In this document: positions 1 to 10,455 of the stretch, one piece after another | Position numbering within the stretch: position 1 is the first letter of the stretch | Layout: the number at the start of each line of letters is the position of its first letter | Sequence record: SRR22947727_1968 | Length of the DNA: 64,000 nucleotides | Direction: 5' to 3' (one strand) | Translations under genes and position numbers: made by a program | The notes under the pieces: generated by a model | Seen by the model: only the letters and a program-made list of their open reading frames with translations | Told to the model about the DNA's origin: nothing | Databases searched by the model: none

Positions 1-1891
1 TCACATCGCCCAAAGTCCCCGTGGTCTTCATCCGGCCCTTGCCCGGCAGGCGCAGCGCTTCGATATGCAGCAGATCGCCGCCCACGCTGGTATAGGCCAG
101 ACCCGTCACGACCCCGACCTGGTGATCGTCTTCAGCCAAACCATAGCGATATTTCTTAACACCGAGGTAGTCATCCAGATTTTCGACCGAAATATTGACG
201 CTCTCAACCTCTTTCTTAACGATCTTAGTGACAGCTTTGCGGGCCAATTTGCCGATCTCACGCTCCAAATTCCGCACCCCCGCCTCGCGGGTATAGGTGC
301 GGATCATTTCTTGCAGCGCCTCAGGCTCCAAAGAAAATTCAGAGGCCTTCAGCCCGTGGTTTTTCACCTGCTTCGGGATCAAATGACGATGCGCAATCTC
401 AGCCTTTTCCTCTTCAGTGTAGCCCGCCAAGGGAATGATTTCCATGCGGTCCAGCAAGGGGCCAGGCATGTTATAGCTGTTGGATGTGGTCAGGAACATC
501 ACATCAGACAGATCATATTCCACCTCCAGATAATGATCCACGAAGGTCGCGTTCTGCTCTGGGTCCAACACCTCCAACATCGCAGAGGCGGGGTCGCCCC
601 GAAAATCCTGACCCATTTTGTCGATCTCATCCAGCAGGATCAGCGGATTGGTGGTTTTGGCCTTTTTCAACGCCTGAATAATTTTACCGGGCATCGAGCC
701 AATGTAAGTCCGGCGGTGACCGCGAATTTCGCTTTCATCACGCACCCCGCCCAAAGAGATACGAATAAATTCGCGCCCCGTGGCTTTGGCAACTGATTTT
801 CCAAGCGAGGTTTTGCCCACGCCGGGAGGGCCCACCAAACACATGATGGGGCCTTTTAATTTGCGCGAACGCTGTTGCACGGCCAAATACTCAACAATGC
901 GCTCTTTGACCTTCTCCAAACCATAATGATCATCATCTAGGGTCTTCTGTGCCTTAGTAAGATCTTTCTTGACCCGGCTGCGCACACCCCAGGGCAGAGA
1001 CAGCATCCAATCAAGATAATTGCGCACGACGGTCGCTTCTGCTGACATCGGGGACATATTCTTGAGCTTTTTCAACTCAGCGGCGGCTTTGTCAGAGGCT
1101 TCCTTGGACAATTTCGTTTGTGCAATTTTGGCCTCCAGCTCGGCCAATTCGCCTTCGCCTTCTTCCCCCTCGCCCAATTCTTTTTGAATGGCTTTCATTT
1201 GCTCATTCAAATAATATTCGCGCTGGGTCTTCTCCATTTGGGTTTTGACCCGCGACTTGATCTTTTTCTCAACTTTCAGCACGGACATTTCGCCCTGCAT
1301 CAAACCGTAGACTTTCTCCAAACGCTCCGCCACGCAGAGCAGCTCCAAAAGCTCCTGCTTTTGCTCAACCTCAACGCCAAGATGCCCAGAGGCGAGATCG
1401 GCCAACTTGCTTGAATTGCGCGTCTCGGCAATGGCCGCCAGCGCCTCCTCGGGTACGTTTTTCTTAACTTTGGCATAGAGCTCAAACTCAGATGAGACCG
1501 AACGCACCAAGGCTGCGACCATGTCCTCATCGCCCTGCGTCTCCTCCAAAAGGCTGGCCTCGGCTTCAAAATAAGACTCATTGCCGATGAAGCGATCAAT
1601 CTGAACGCGAGCGCGGCCTTCGACCAGAACTTTAACCGTGCCATCAGGAAGTTTTAACAGCTGCAAGACATTGGCCAAAACACCGACCCGGAAAATCCCA
1701 TCTTCAGAAGGGTCATCCTCTGCGGGGTCGCGCTGTGAGGACAGCAAAATTTGCTTGTCTTGCGTCATCACCTGCTCAAGCGCGCGCACAGATTTATCGC
1801 GCCCAACAAACAGAGGCACGATCATATGCGGAAACACAACGATGTCGCGCAGCGGCAATACAGGGTAGCTATCGGCTAAATTCAAAGTCAT
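1..1891 (-). CDS. lon: Lon ATP-dependent protease (3' end runs off the window)
   Basis: Absent from the ORF track. Read manually from ATG at 1891 (RBS AAGGA): MTLNLADSYPVLPLRDIVVFPHM..., Walker A GPPGVGKT, ...LPGKGRMKTTGTLGDV at the window edge. Confidence 0.97.
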   Translation of the reverse strand, partial: MTLNLADSYPVLPLRDIVVFPHMIVPLFVGRDKSVRALEQVMTQDKQILLSSQRDPAEDDPSEDGIFRVGVLANVLQLLKLPDGTVKVLVEGRARVQIDRFIGNESYFEAEASLLEETQGDEDMVAALVRSVSSEFELYAKVKKNVPEEALAAIAETRNSSKLADLASGHLGVEVEQKQELLELLCVAERLEKVYGLMQGEMSVLKVEKKIKSRVKTQMEKTQREYYLNEQMKAIQKELGEGEEGEGELAELEAKIAQTKLSKEASDKAAAELKKLKNMSPMSAEATVVRNYLDWMLSLPWGVRSRVKKDLTKAQKTLDDDHYGLEKVKERIVEYLAVQQRSRKLKGPIMCLVGPPGVGKTSLGKSVAKATGREFIRISLGGVRDESEIRGHRRTYIGSMPGKIIQALKKAKTTNPLILLDEIDKMGQDFRGDPASAMLEVLDPEQNATFVDHYLEVEYDLSDVMFLTTSNSYNMPGPLLDRMEIIPLAGYTEEEKAEIAHRHLIPKQVKNHGLKASEFSLEPEALQEMIRTYTREAGVRNLEREIGKLARKAVTKIVKKEVESVNISVENLDDYLGVKKYRYGLAEDDHQVGVVTGLAYTSVGGDLLHIEALRLPGKGRMKTTGTLGDV

Positions 1892-1965
1892 TCTCGTTCC
1901 TTAACTGTGGCAGGCATAGAGCGAATCCCAATCAGGCAATTCGCCCGGCCCCAATCTTGCTATAT

Positions 1966-1994
1966 AACTGGGGCGCAACCGCCTCAATTTCAAG
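1966..1994 (-). promoter_or_regulatory. RpoH (sigma32)-type promoter of lon
   Basis: CTTGAA-N15-CCCCAGTT on the minus strand about 75 nt upstream of the lon ATG; lon is a typical heat-shock gene. Confidence 0.65.
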
Positions 1995-2167
1995 ACCCCA
2001 TGTAAACTGCCTGCACAATCTAAGAAGTGCAAGCGATGAGGTATAAATAAGTTTAAATATTGCGCCTTTAGTCGATACAAAATCTCCCATCCTCCAGCGC
2101 CCCAGGCATTTCATTTGCAGCCACCGGCGCCGCGCGATAGCATGAGCGCATTTCGAGAGGTGTCACA

Positions 2168-2656
2168 ATGCGATTTGCCCCTAGTCTTGTGCTACTCACT
2201 GCCCTGGCCAGCTGTGCCCCCCCGTTGCCCATTGCAGATTACATCGCGGATGCCCGCAGTCCGAATGCCAAGATCACCACCCAGCCGCTGCAGTTTGATG
2301 TCATCACGATCCGCAGCTTCGTGGCGGGCCATCGCCAAGAGCGGCCGGGCGCCCGCTGCCATATCTTCACGCCTGATCAGCGCCTATCGGCCGCCTTTCA
2401 GACTCCGGCGCAGGTGCGTGTCCCGATCTATAAAGGCGCGCCTGCGCCAATCAATGGATATTGCAGCCTGCCGGACACAAATCTTGCAGCCCGCTTTACG
2501 CTCGAAGCGGTCAATCAATCTGCTCCCAAAAACGAAGGGCTGCGGCTCACATTGGGCAGCGGTGGGCCGCGCATTGCAGGCACAATTTCCCTGCGTGACC
2601 GCAGCAAGGACCGCTATGCCTATCCGGCGAAGCTGCGCATCACATTGGCGCCCTAA
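2168..2656 (+). CDS. Hypothetical lipoprotein
   Basis: RBS GAGG; signal peptide ending in lipobox LAS-C (MRFAPSLVLLTALASC). Confidence 0.7.
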   Translation: MRFAPSLVLLTALASCAPPLPIADYIADARSPNAKITTQPLQFDVITIRSFVAGHRQERPGARCHIFTPDQRLSAAFQTPAQVRVPIYKGAPAPINGYCSLPDTNLAARFTLEAVNQSAPKNEGLRLTLGSGGPRIAGTISLRDRSKDRYAYPAKLRITLAP

Positions 2657-2667
2657 AGGCCCCTTAG

Positions 2668-3798
2668 CTACACCGGCTCAATATCGCCCAAAGCCCGCTC
2701 TGCATGGAACTGGCGTTCAAATCCGGCAAAATCATCCACCGCAATCGCCGCGCGCATCTGCTGCATAATCTCTTGGAAATAATGCAGATTATGCCAGGTC
2801 AGAAGCATGGAGCTGATAATCTCCTGACTGCGGAACACATGGTGCAAATAGGCGCGCGAATAATTGCTGCAGGCCGGGCAGCTGCAGGCCTCGTCCAAGG
2901 GCCGCGGGTCATCTTGGTGACGCGCATTTTTAATGTTTACCACACCCCGGCGGGTGAAGACCTGCCCTGTGCGACCGGACCGGCTGGGCAAAACACAATC
3001 CATCATATCAATGCCGCGTTTCACGGCGCCCACGATATCATCAGGCTTGCCAACACCCATCAAATATCGCGGCTTGTCCTCGGGCAATTGATCGGGCGCA
3101 AAATCGAGCACCTCGAACATGGCCTTCTGCCCCTCACCCACCGCCAGACCGCCAACCGCGTAGCCTTCAAAACCAATGGCCTTGAGCGCATCGGCACTTT
3201 CGCCGCGCAATTGCTCATCCAAACCGCCCTGCTGAATGCCAAATAAAGCATGACCCGGACGATCACCGAAGGCCTCGCGAGAGCGCCCGGCCCATCGCAT
3301 CGACATCCGCATGGAGCGGGCAATTTCATCACGTTCGGCCGGTAAAGCCGGGCATTCATCGAAACACATCACGATATCACTGCCCAAGAGCCGTTGGATC
3401 TCCATCGAGCGCTCGGGCGTCAGATGATGCTTTGAGCCATCAATATGCGACTTAAACGTCACCCCGTCTTCGCTCATCTTGCGCAGGCTCGACAGGCTCA
3501 TCACTTGAAACCCGCCGCTATCGGTCAAAATGGGGCGCTCCCAGTTCATAAACTTGTGAAGCCCGCCCAGCCGATCAATCCGCTCCGCGGTCGGGCGCAG
3601 CATCAAATGATAGGTATTGCCCAACAATATATCCGCCCCAGTTTGCCGCACAGAGCCCGGCAACATCGCCTTGACCGTGGCCGCCGTTCCAACGGGCATA
3701 AAGGCTGGCGTGCGGATCTCGCCGCGCGGGGTGTGAATCGTGCCAGCCCGGGCCTTGCCTGAGCGCGAATGCAATTGGAATGAGAATTTTTCTGTCAT
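2668..3798 (-). CDS. tgt: Queuine tRNA-ribosyltransferase
   Basis: [26 protein letters not shown] and CSCPAC zinc site. Confidence 0.97.
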   Translation of the reverse strand: MTEKFSFQLHSRSGKARAGTIHTPRGEIRTPAFMPVGTAATVKAMLPGSVRQTGADILLGNTYHLMLRPTAERIDRLGGLHKFMNWERPILTDSGGFQVMSLSSLRKMSEDGVTFKSHIDGSKHHLTPERSMEIQRLLGSDIVMCFDECPALPAERDEIARSMRMSMRWAGRSREAFGDRPGHALFGIQQGGLDEQLRGESADALKAIGFEGYAVGGLAVGEGQKAMFEVLDFAPDQLPEDKPRYLMGVGKPDDIVGAVKRGIDMMDCVLPSRSGRTGQVFTRRGVVNIKNARHQDDPRPLDEACSCPACSNYSRAYLHHVFRSQEIISSMLLTWHNLHYFQEIMQQMRAAIAVDDFAGFERQFHAERALGDIEPV

Positions 3799-3971
3799 GG
3801 GCCTCACATGCTCTAAACCTTATGAAGGATCAAGCGATTGGTCGCAAAATTCACGATTTTCACCCAAAACCAAGGGCGCGCCCGCCGCGCATCACGGTCT
3901 TACTTCAGGTTATTGCTTTACCCCAGCGTCCTGCGCCTTTATACCTTATGAAAATACTCAAGGATCATGAC

Positions 3972-4331
3972 ATGTCGGACGAGTCCCCTGTTGAAGGTAC
4001 ACCATTGATCGCGCCCTCGAGCACAGATCATCCGCTTTATGACAATATTGTCGACAGCATCCGCACGGTGTATGATCCTGAAATTCCAGTTAATATTTTC
4101 GATCTTGGCCTCATTTATACGGTAGATATCAATGAGGACTCCGAGGTGAAAATTGCCATGACCCTCACCGCGCCCGGCTGCCCGGTCGCCGGTGAAATGC
4201 CCGGCTGGGTGGCCGAGGCCGTTGAACCCTTGCCCGGCGTCAAACATGTGGATGTTGAGCTGGTTTGGGAGCCGCCTTGGGGCATGGATATGATGTCCGA
4301 TGAGGCAAGGCTCGAATTGGGCTTTATGTAG
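3972..4331 (+). CDS. sufT: SUF-system Fe-S assembly protein (DUF59/SufT family)
   Basis: DPEIPVNI, MTLTAPGCP and WEPPW motifs; start moved to MSDESP. Confidence 0.88.
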   Translation: MSDESPVEGTPLIAPSSTDHPLYDNIVDSIRTVYDPEIPVNIFDLGLIYTVDINEDSEVKIAMTLTAPGCPVAGEMPGWVAEAVEPLPGVKHVDVELVWEPPWGMDMMSDEARLELGFM

Positions 4332-4450
4332 GGTCCCGCGCCGTCTGAACACCGCAGGCTGGTCGCAAAGAGCGATTGCAACCTGCATGTCCACTCTTGC
4401 AGTTCGCTTGGCCCGCTCTTAGGTTAAGAGCAGATTGAAAAGGATCAGAC

Positions 4451-4816
4451 ATGTTCGGTATTCCGGGTAAACAAGCTGTGACCCTCACCCCTGCCGCGAT
4501 TGGGCAAATCACCAAGCTCATGGCGCGCGAGGGCCATAAGGGCCTGCGTATTGGCGTGAAAAAGGGCGGCTGCGCCGGCATGGAATATACAATGGACTAT
4601 GTCGATGAGATCGAAGCCCATGATGAATTGATTGAAACCGAGGGCGCGCGGGTTATGATTGCCCCAATGGCGCAGATGTTCCTCTTCGGCACTGAGATTG
4701 ACTATGAGACCAGCCTGTTGGAATCTGGCTTCAAATTCAAAAACCCAAATGTGGTTGATGCCTGTGGCTGCGGCGAAAGCATCAAATTTGACGAAACGCT
4801 TTTCGCCAAAAAATGA
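4451..4816 (+). CDS. sufA: HesB/IscA/SufA A-type Fe-S carrier
   Basis: GGCAG and CGCGES motifs. Confidence 0.9.
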   Translation: MFGIPGKQAVTLTPAAIGQITKLMAREGHKGLRIGVKKGGCAGMEYTMDYVDEIEAHDELIETEGARVMIAPMAQMFLFGTEIDYETSLLESGFKFKNPNVVDACGCGESIKFDETLFAKK

Positions 4817-5130
4817 GCATTTCCGACGCTGATATCGCCTTTGTGAAAGATCTTTTTTCAGGCGTTGGCACTCTGACAACCCGCAAAATGTTTGGCGGAT
4901 TGGCGGTCTATGCCGATGGGGTGATTTTTGCACTTGTCATCAGCACGGGCGCTTTGATGATCAAGGCAAAGGGTGCGCTTGCAAGCGACCCCGCCGCCCA
5001 AGGATCGCAGCAATTTATTCATGACGGCAAGGGCGACAAGCGTGTCGCCATGCCCTATTGGACCCTGCCCGACGCTGCAATGGATGAGCCGGAGCTGGCC
5101 TGCGATTGGGCCAGACGCTCTTTGCTGTAA
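4813..5130 (+). CDS. TfoX/Sxy N-terminal domain protein
   Basis: RKMFGG and MPYW motifs; ATGA overlap with sufA. Confidence 0.85.
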   Translation: MSISDADIAFVKDLFSGVGTLTTRKMFGGLAVYADGVIFALVISTGALMIKAKGALASDPAAQGSQQFIHDGKGDKRVAMPYWTLPDAAMDEPELACDWARRSLL

Positions 5131-5169
5131 AACTCCTAAATAACTACCCATTCCTTGGAAGGATCTCCG

Positions 5170-5901
5170 ATGCCCCAAAAAATCGCCGCTGGAAATTGGA
5201 AAATGAACGGAACACAGGCCAGCCTGTCTGAGATCCAAGCCATTGCAGAGGCCGCACAAGAGAGCCCCTGCTCCACCATTCTATGCCCGCCGGCGCATCT
5301 ACTACACAGAGCGGCCAAACTGGCTGGACCATTGGCCATCGGCGGGCAGAATTGCCACCACGCGCCGTCAGGTGCCTTCACCGGCGACATCAGCGCCGCG
5401 CAGCTGGCCGATTGCGGTGCCTCCTATGTCATTCTTGGCCACTCCGAGAGGCGCGAAGGCTATGGCGAGAGCGACAGTTTGGTGCGCGCCAAGGCGCAAG
5501 CGGCTCTCCAATCCGGGCTCACGCCCATCATCTGCCTTGGTGAGAGCCAAGAGCAACGCGCCGCAGGTCAGGCGCTTGAGGTCGTGTTGGCGCAGCTGTC
5601 CGGCTCCCTGCCCGATGATGCCCAGGTCATCATTGCCTATGAGCCAATTTGGGCCATAGGGACGGGTCTTGTTCCCACTGTGGCTGAAATCACCGAAGTC
5701 CACGATGCTTTGCGCGCTCAGCTCCATGCCATCTTTGGCGCGGCCGGTCAGGAGATCTCCATCCTTTATGGCGGCTCAGTCAAGCCGAGCAATGCCCAAG
5801 AAATTTTCGCCATCACCCATGTGAACGGCGCATTGGTGGGCGGTGCCAGTCTCAAAGCCGAGGATTTCCTACCCATTATGCGCAGCTTGGCTGAGAGTTA
5901 A
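5170..5901 (+). CDS. tpiA: Triosephosphate isomerase
   Basis: AGNWKMNG, GHSERR, AYEPIWAIGTG and LVGGASL motifs. Confidence 0.97.
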   Translation: MPQKIAAGNWKMNGTQASLSEIQAIAEAAQESPCSTILCPPAHLLHRAAKLAGPLAIGGQNCHHAPSGAFTGDISAAQLADCGASYVILGHSERREGYGESDSLVRAKAQAALQSGLTPIICLGESQEQRAAGQALEVVLAQLSGSLPDDAQVIIAYEPIWAIGTGLVPTVAEITEVHDALRAQLHAIFGAAGQEISILYGGSVKPSNAQEIFAITHVNGALVGGASLKAEDFLPIMRSLAES

Positions 5902-7781
5902 AACAGCAGGTTCATCACCACCATAGAGACGACCAGAAACAATAGGGTCATCCCCGCGCCGCAACGCACGAAATCAACCACACGATAGCCGCCCGGCCCC
6001 ATAATCAGAGCATTTACTTGATGGGTGGGGATCAAAAAAGAGTTTGAGGTCGAAATAGCCACGGTCAGCGCAAAAATCGCCGGGTTGCCGCCTGCCGCAA
6101 CTGCTATGGAGACAGCCAAGGGCACGAGCAACACGGTGGCCCCCACATTGGACATCACCAAAGTGAAGATCGTCGCCATAATCGCCACGCCCACTTGCAA
6201 GCCCCAAATCGGCCATCCCTCTAAGAGCATGAGAACCTGTTGCGCTATCCAAGCCGCTGTGCCCGTGGCTTGGACAGCCACCCCCAGGGGGATAAGGCTG
6301 GCCAATAAAAACACGGTATTCCAGCTGACGGCCTCATAGGCCTCATCGATAGACAGGACACGCGACACGATCATGCCCGAGGCGCCGGTCAAGAGGCACA
6401 AAGACAGGCGAATATCGGTCAGCAAGATCATGGCAATCGCCAAGACAAAGAAGACCAAAGCCCAGCTCACTTTTTGCGGCCGCACCTCTTCGCGCGGGTA
6501 TTCAGAGGTGACAATGACATAATCACGGTTGCGGCTCAGCCTGGTCAGGGATTCCCATTTGGTATGCACCACCAAAGTATCGCCTGCCAAAAGCGGCACA
6601 TGGGTGAGACGCGTCGCGGCGTGATCAGGGGTTTCCACATGGCTCAAGGTGTCTTCCCCGCGATGAATGCCCAGCAACGACAGGCCATGGGTGGCGCGAA
6701 AGCGGATCTGCCCCGGGGTTTTGCCAATCACGGATGAGCCGGGCGGCACAACAATCTCCGCCACACCTGCGTGGGTCGCGGCAAAATTGTCGGAAAAATT
6801 GTCAAGCTGCGGTAAAATTTCCAAGCCGTAGATTTCGGCAAATTCCTCCACCACGCGCCGGCGGCCCAAAATGGCCAAACGGCAGGGGGCCTCGATCTGT
6901 GTTGGGGCCATCGGGGCCACCACTTGGCGGCCGCGATAATCTGTGCCGATGATATAGATGTGATGCGCATCCATGATATCGGCCAAACGATGGCCAATCA
7001 GAATATTGCCCTCGGGCACTTTCACCTCAAAGATAACCGCCTTTAGCCCGTAAACCGCTTTGACATAGTCAAGCATCGATTGCGCCGAGGTGCCCTCACC
7101 CGCGCCATCTCTTCGCGGTAAAATCCAGCGTCCCAAGAGCATGAAATATAAGATCCCAGTTATAATCAAACACAGACCTATCGGCGTGACATCGAAAAGC
7201 TCAAAGGGGCGCATCTGTTGGTCGCTCGGCAATCCAGCATTGGCAACGCCCATAAGATCATTGAGCAAGATCAGCGGCGACGAACCCACCATGGTGATCG
7301 TACCGCCCAAAATGGCGCAAAATCCCATAGGCATCAAAAGCCGAGACATGGGCAATTCTGCCCGCACGGAAATGCGGCTGAGCACCGGCAAAAACAGGGC
7401 TGCGGCCCCGACGTTTTGCATGAAAGATGAGATAACCCCGACCGAACCGGAAATGATCGGCACGATTCGCGTTTCCTTCGCCCCTCCGAGTTTCAAAATA
7501 TAACCCGCCACTTTCGACATCAAACCAGTCTTATCGAGCCCCGCCCCGATGATCATAACGGCAATGATCGAAATCACCGCGTTTGAGGCAAAGCCATCAA
7601 ACAATCGCGAGGTATCGGCGAGATTGCCAAGTCCGGGCAGTTGGCTGAGCAACCCCAGGGCCAGCATGGTCAGGATTGCGGTCAAATCGATGCGAAAGGC
7701 TTCGGTGATAAACAATGTAACCGTCACAAAAAGCACCGTAAGCACAACGATCATCTCATGTGTCAGCGTCACCGGGTCCAT
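5898..7781 (-). CDS. SLC13/DASS-family permease with TrkA-C domains
   Basis: Two hydrophobic halves flanking two soluble TrkA-C-like repeats; PTHQVNALIMGPGGY motif. Confidence 0.85.
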   Translation of the reverse strand: MDPVTLTHEMIVVLTVLFVTVTLFITEAFRIDLTAILTMLALGLLSQLPGLGNLADTSRLFDGFASNAVISIIAVMIIGAGLDKTGLMSKVAGYILKLGGAKETRIVPIISGSVGVISSFMQNVGAAALFLPVLSRISVRAELPMSRLLMPMGFCAILGGTITMVGSSPLILLNDLMGVANAGLPSDQQMRPFELFDVTPIGLCLIITGILYFMLLGRWILPRRDGAGEGTSAQSMLDYVKAVYGLKAVIFEVKVPEGNILIGHRLADIMDAHHIYIIGTDYRGRQVVAPMAPTQIEAPCRLAILGRRRVVEEFAEIYGLEILPQLDNFSDNFAATHAGVAEIVVPPGSSVIGKTPGQIRFRATHGLSLLGIHRGEDTLSHVETPDHAATRLTHVPLLAGDTLVVHTKWESLTRLSRNRDYVIVTSEYPREEVRPQKVSWALVFFVLAIAMILLTDIRLSLCLLTGASGMIVSRVLSIDEAYEAVSWNTVFLLASLIPLGVAVQATGTAAWIAQQVLMLLEGWPIWGLQVGVAIMATIFTLVMSNVGATVLLVPLAVSIAVAAGGNPAIFALTVAISTSNSFLIPTHQVNALIMGPGGYRVVDFVRCGAGMTLLFLVVSMVVMNLLF

Positions 7782-7846
7782 TATTATCCTCCGTTTGGCC
7801 GCAAGCCCTTTGCAAAAGGGATATAGGCTTTGGCCTTTCTAATCTA

Positions 7847-9694
7847 TCATTTTACAATCAATTCCGGTCCCATCATCGCATTTGGCAATACCGTCGAAAT
7901 CCAAGGCACATAGGTAATCAGAATTAAGAAAACGAACAGGACCGCCAAAAAGGGCAAGGCCGCGCGCACAACGGACATCATCGGCATATTCGCCACGCCA
8001 GAGGTCACAAAAAGATTGAGCCCCACGGGGGGGGTGATCATGCCGATCTCCATATTCACCACCATGATGATGCCCAGATGGATCGGGTCAATGCCCAGCT
8101 CAATTGCAATCGGGAAGACCAAGGGCGCCACGATGACCAAAAGCCCCGATGGCTCCATAAATTGCCCGCCAATCAACAAGATCACATTGACGATCACCAA
8201 GAACATAATCGGCCCAAACCCTGCGGACAGCATGGCAGAGGCAATATGCTGAGGGATTTGCTCATCCGTCAACACATGTTTGAGGATGAGCGCATTGGCG
8301 ATGATGAACATCAAAGTCACTGTGAGTTTTCCAGACTCAAACAAGGTTTTGCGGGTGTCTTTATGCACAACAGCGGCTGGCAAATAGATAATCGCCTCAA
8401 TCACACCTCGGCCCATGGCCTTGGCGCCGCCCAAAAGGCTTACGCCAAATCCAGTGGCCTCCCCCTCGCGGGCCGCTCCATGCAGCGAAAACGTGAAGAT
8501 AATGGCTGGTGCCACGGTGGCCGCGAAGAGAAACACCGCAGCAACAAGAGCCAAAAGCCCGGTGCTGGCAAAAGCGAGCATCGAACCGGAGGCAAATTCC
8601 GATAGGCCGTGGAAAATTGAGATCATCGTCCAATAGGCAAAGATGACGCCCGGCACAGCGCCCAGCACCACGATCACGGGCCAAGCCACGCGGCTGCGCT
8701 GGGCCGCAAAATGGGTCATCGCCCAGCCGGTGCCGAGGCAGACCAAAACCCAAGCAATCGCAACAGCCAGCCCCCAACCCGCGGGGTAGACACCAGCCTT
8801 GCCGAGCGAGACATGCAGCAAGAAGCCAATAATTGCAAAGGCCACAACGCGCAGCCCCAAACCAAAGGCGCGCTGCTCGCTCTCACGCAACCAGCCCTTG
8901 CCTTGCAAGGGGCCCATATCGCGGTAGATCATCAGAGCTGCGAAAAACGCATATACGCAGGCCACAGCAGCGGCCTCTGTTGGGGTGAAAATACCGCCGT
9001 AAATTCCGCCCAGAATGATCACGATCAAAACCAATCCAAAGGCGGCATCGAGAACGGAAGCTGCAACCTCATCCCATCCTTGCCAATCCCCCTTTGGCAG
9101 GTTTTTCACTCGCGCCATAATGTAGATGGTAATCATCAACATGCTGCCAGCCAAAAGGCCCGGCAAGACCCCGGCCAAGAACATCCGCCCGACCGAAACA
9201 TCCACCGAGGAGGCATAGACCACCATCACAATGGACGGTGGGATCAAAATGCCCAAAGTGCCCGCGTTGGCGATCACACCCGCAGCAAAGTCCTTTGTAT
9301 AGCCCGCTTGGTGCATCCCCGCGATCACGATGGAGCCAATCGCCACAACCGTGGCCGGCGACGAACCCGAGAGCGCCGCAAACATCATACAAGCAAACAC
9401 GCCGGCAATGGCCAGACCGCCCGGAACATGCCCCACAAGGGCCACAGAAAACCGGATAATCCGTCGCGCCACACCGCCGGTGGACATGAAGCCCGAGGCC
9501 AGTATGAAAAAGGGAATGGCCAGCAGGGTATAATGGCCCGCCATGGCCTGAAAGAATGTCTGTGCAATGGAGGCCAGCGAAGTATCGCCAAGGGCCAGCA
9601 AAAACAAGATGGACGCCATCCCCAGGCTGACCGCAATGGGCACGCCGATGAGCATCAGACCAACAACAACAGCAAATAAAATTGCAACTTCCAT
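7847..9694 (-). CDS. dctM: TRAP transporter large permease with ~180-aa internal insertion
   Basis: LLAIPFF, SGSSPAT, LIPPSI, FTPTEAA and ITPPVGLNL motifs. Confidence 0.92.
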   Translation of the reverse strand: MEVAILFAVVVGLMLIGVPIAVSLGMASILFLLALGDTSLASIAQTFFQAMAGHYTLLAIPFFILASGFMSTGGVARRIIRFSVALVGHVPGGLAIAGVFACMMFAALSGSSPATVVAIGSIVIAGMHQAGYTKDFAAGVIANAGTLGILIPPSIVMVVYASSVDVSVGRMFLAGVLPGLLAGSMLMITIYIMARVKNLPKGDWQGWDEVAASVLDAAFGLVLIVIILGGIYGGIFTPTEAAAVACVYAFFAALMIYRDMGPLQGKGWLRESEQRAFGLGLRVVAFAIIGFLLHVSLGKAGVYPAGWGLAVAIAWVLVCLGTGWAMTHFAAQRSRVAWPVIVVLGAVPGVIFAYWTMISIFHGLSEFASGSMLAFASTGLLALVAAVFLFAATVAPAIIFTFSLHGAAREGEATGFGVSLLGGAKAMGRGVIEAIIYLPAAVVHKDTRKTLFESGKLTVTLMFIIANALILKHVLTDEQIPQHIASAMLSAGFGPIMFLVIVNVILLIGGQFMEPSGLLVIVAPLVFPIAIELGIDPIHLGIIMVVNMEIGMITPPVGLNLFVTSGVANMPMMSVVRAALPFLAVLFVFLILITYVPWISTVLPNAMMGPELIVK

Positions 9695-9698
9695 AGGG

Positions 9699-10391
9699 TT
9701 AGTCCTTAGCGTTCAAGTGTTTAACTTCGGCAACAGCCTCTTCAACTTCATGGCTGACAATCAAGCTGGCCTCTTGGCCGCGCAGCAAGCGCACGAAGAC
9801 TTGGACAAAGCGGAACAAGAGCAGCGCCATGCCAAAGGGAAGAATAAAATAAGGAATGAAACGCGGGATTTTTTCATAGTCATCCCCATCGTTCATGAGA
9901 GGTTGGATCCAGCGCAACCATTCGGGAAAGGCGATATCAATGACCTCATACCATCCGCGGTAAGAGGTGCGTTTCATCTCTTCAAATCCGGTTGGAAACC
10001 AACGCCCCGTCGTTTGTGGCAAATTGGCGAAATTGGCCCAGTAATCCCAAGCCCCTTTCATCAGTAGCCCAGCATAGATCACGCAAACCGCCGCCGCGAT
10101 CAGCGTTAGAATTCGGCGCGTTTTCGGTTTAAAAACATTGATGAGCGCATCGACGCCCAAATGCGCCGTCACCTTGACCGCATAGCTCACACCAAACAAA
10201 ACCAGCCACGCAAACAAGAAGGTTGTCGCTTCAAGCCCCCAAATCAATCCCGTGTTGAACCCATAGCGCAGGACCACATTGGTGAAGGTAATCAGAGTCA
10301 TAAGGCCAAGAAGAATGGCGATGGCCGTCTCCTCAATCTCATTGACCCAATGGCCTATTCTGGAGCGAGGGGTCTGGGGGGATGATGACAT
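9699..10391 (-). CDS. dctQ: TRAP transporter small permease
   Basis: Four TM segments, HLGVD motif, located between dctP and dctM. Confidence 0.9.
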   Translation of the reverse strand: MSSSPQTPRSRIGHWVNEIEETAIAILLGLMTLITFTNVVLRYGFNTGLIWGLEATTFLFAWLVLFGVSYAVKVTAHLGVDALINVFKPKTRRILTLIAAAVCVIYAGLLMKGAWDYWANFANLPQTTGRWFPTGFEEMKRTSYRGWYEVIDIAFPEWLRWIQPLMNDGDDYEKIPRFIPYFILPFGMALLLFRFVQVFVRLLRGQEASLIVSHEVEEAVAEVKHLNAKD

Positions 10392-10413
10392 TTTGCAAGT
10401 CCTAAAATGTAAA

Positions 10414-10439
10414 ATTGGCCTGCATTTCTGCAGGCCAAT
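10414..10439 (-). terminator. Intrinsic terminator or stabilising hairpin after dctP
   Basis: 11-bp stem ATTGGCCTGCA/TGCAGGCCAAT followed by TTTACATTTT on the minus strand. Confidence 0.75.
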
Positions 10440-10455
10440 AGGCTTGTGAGCCGCT

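Noticed and set aside
65-1868. Plus-strand ORFs (243 aa and others) at the window start
   Set aside because: Antisense shadows of lon, which the track misses because its stop codon lies outside the window.
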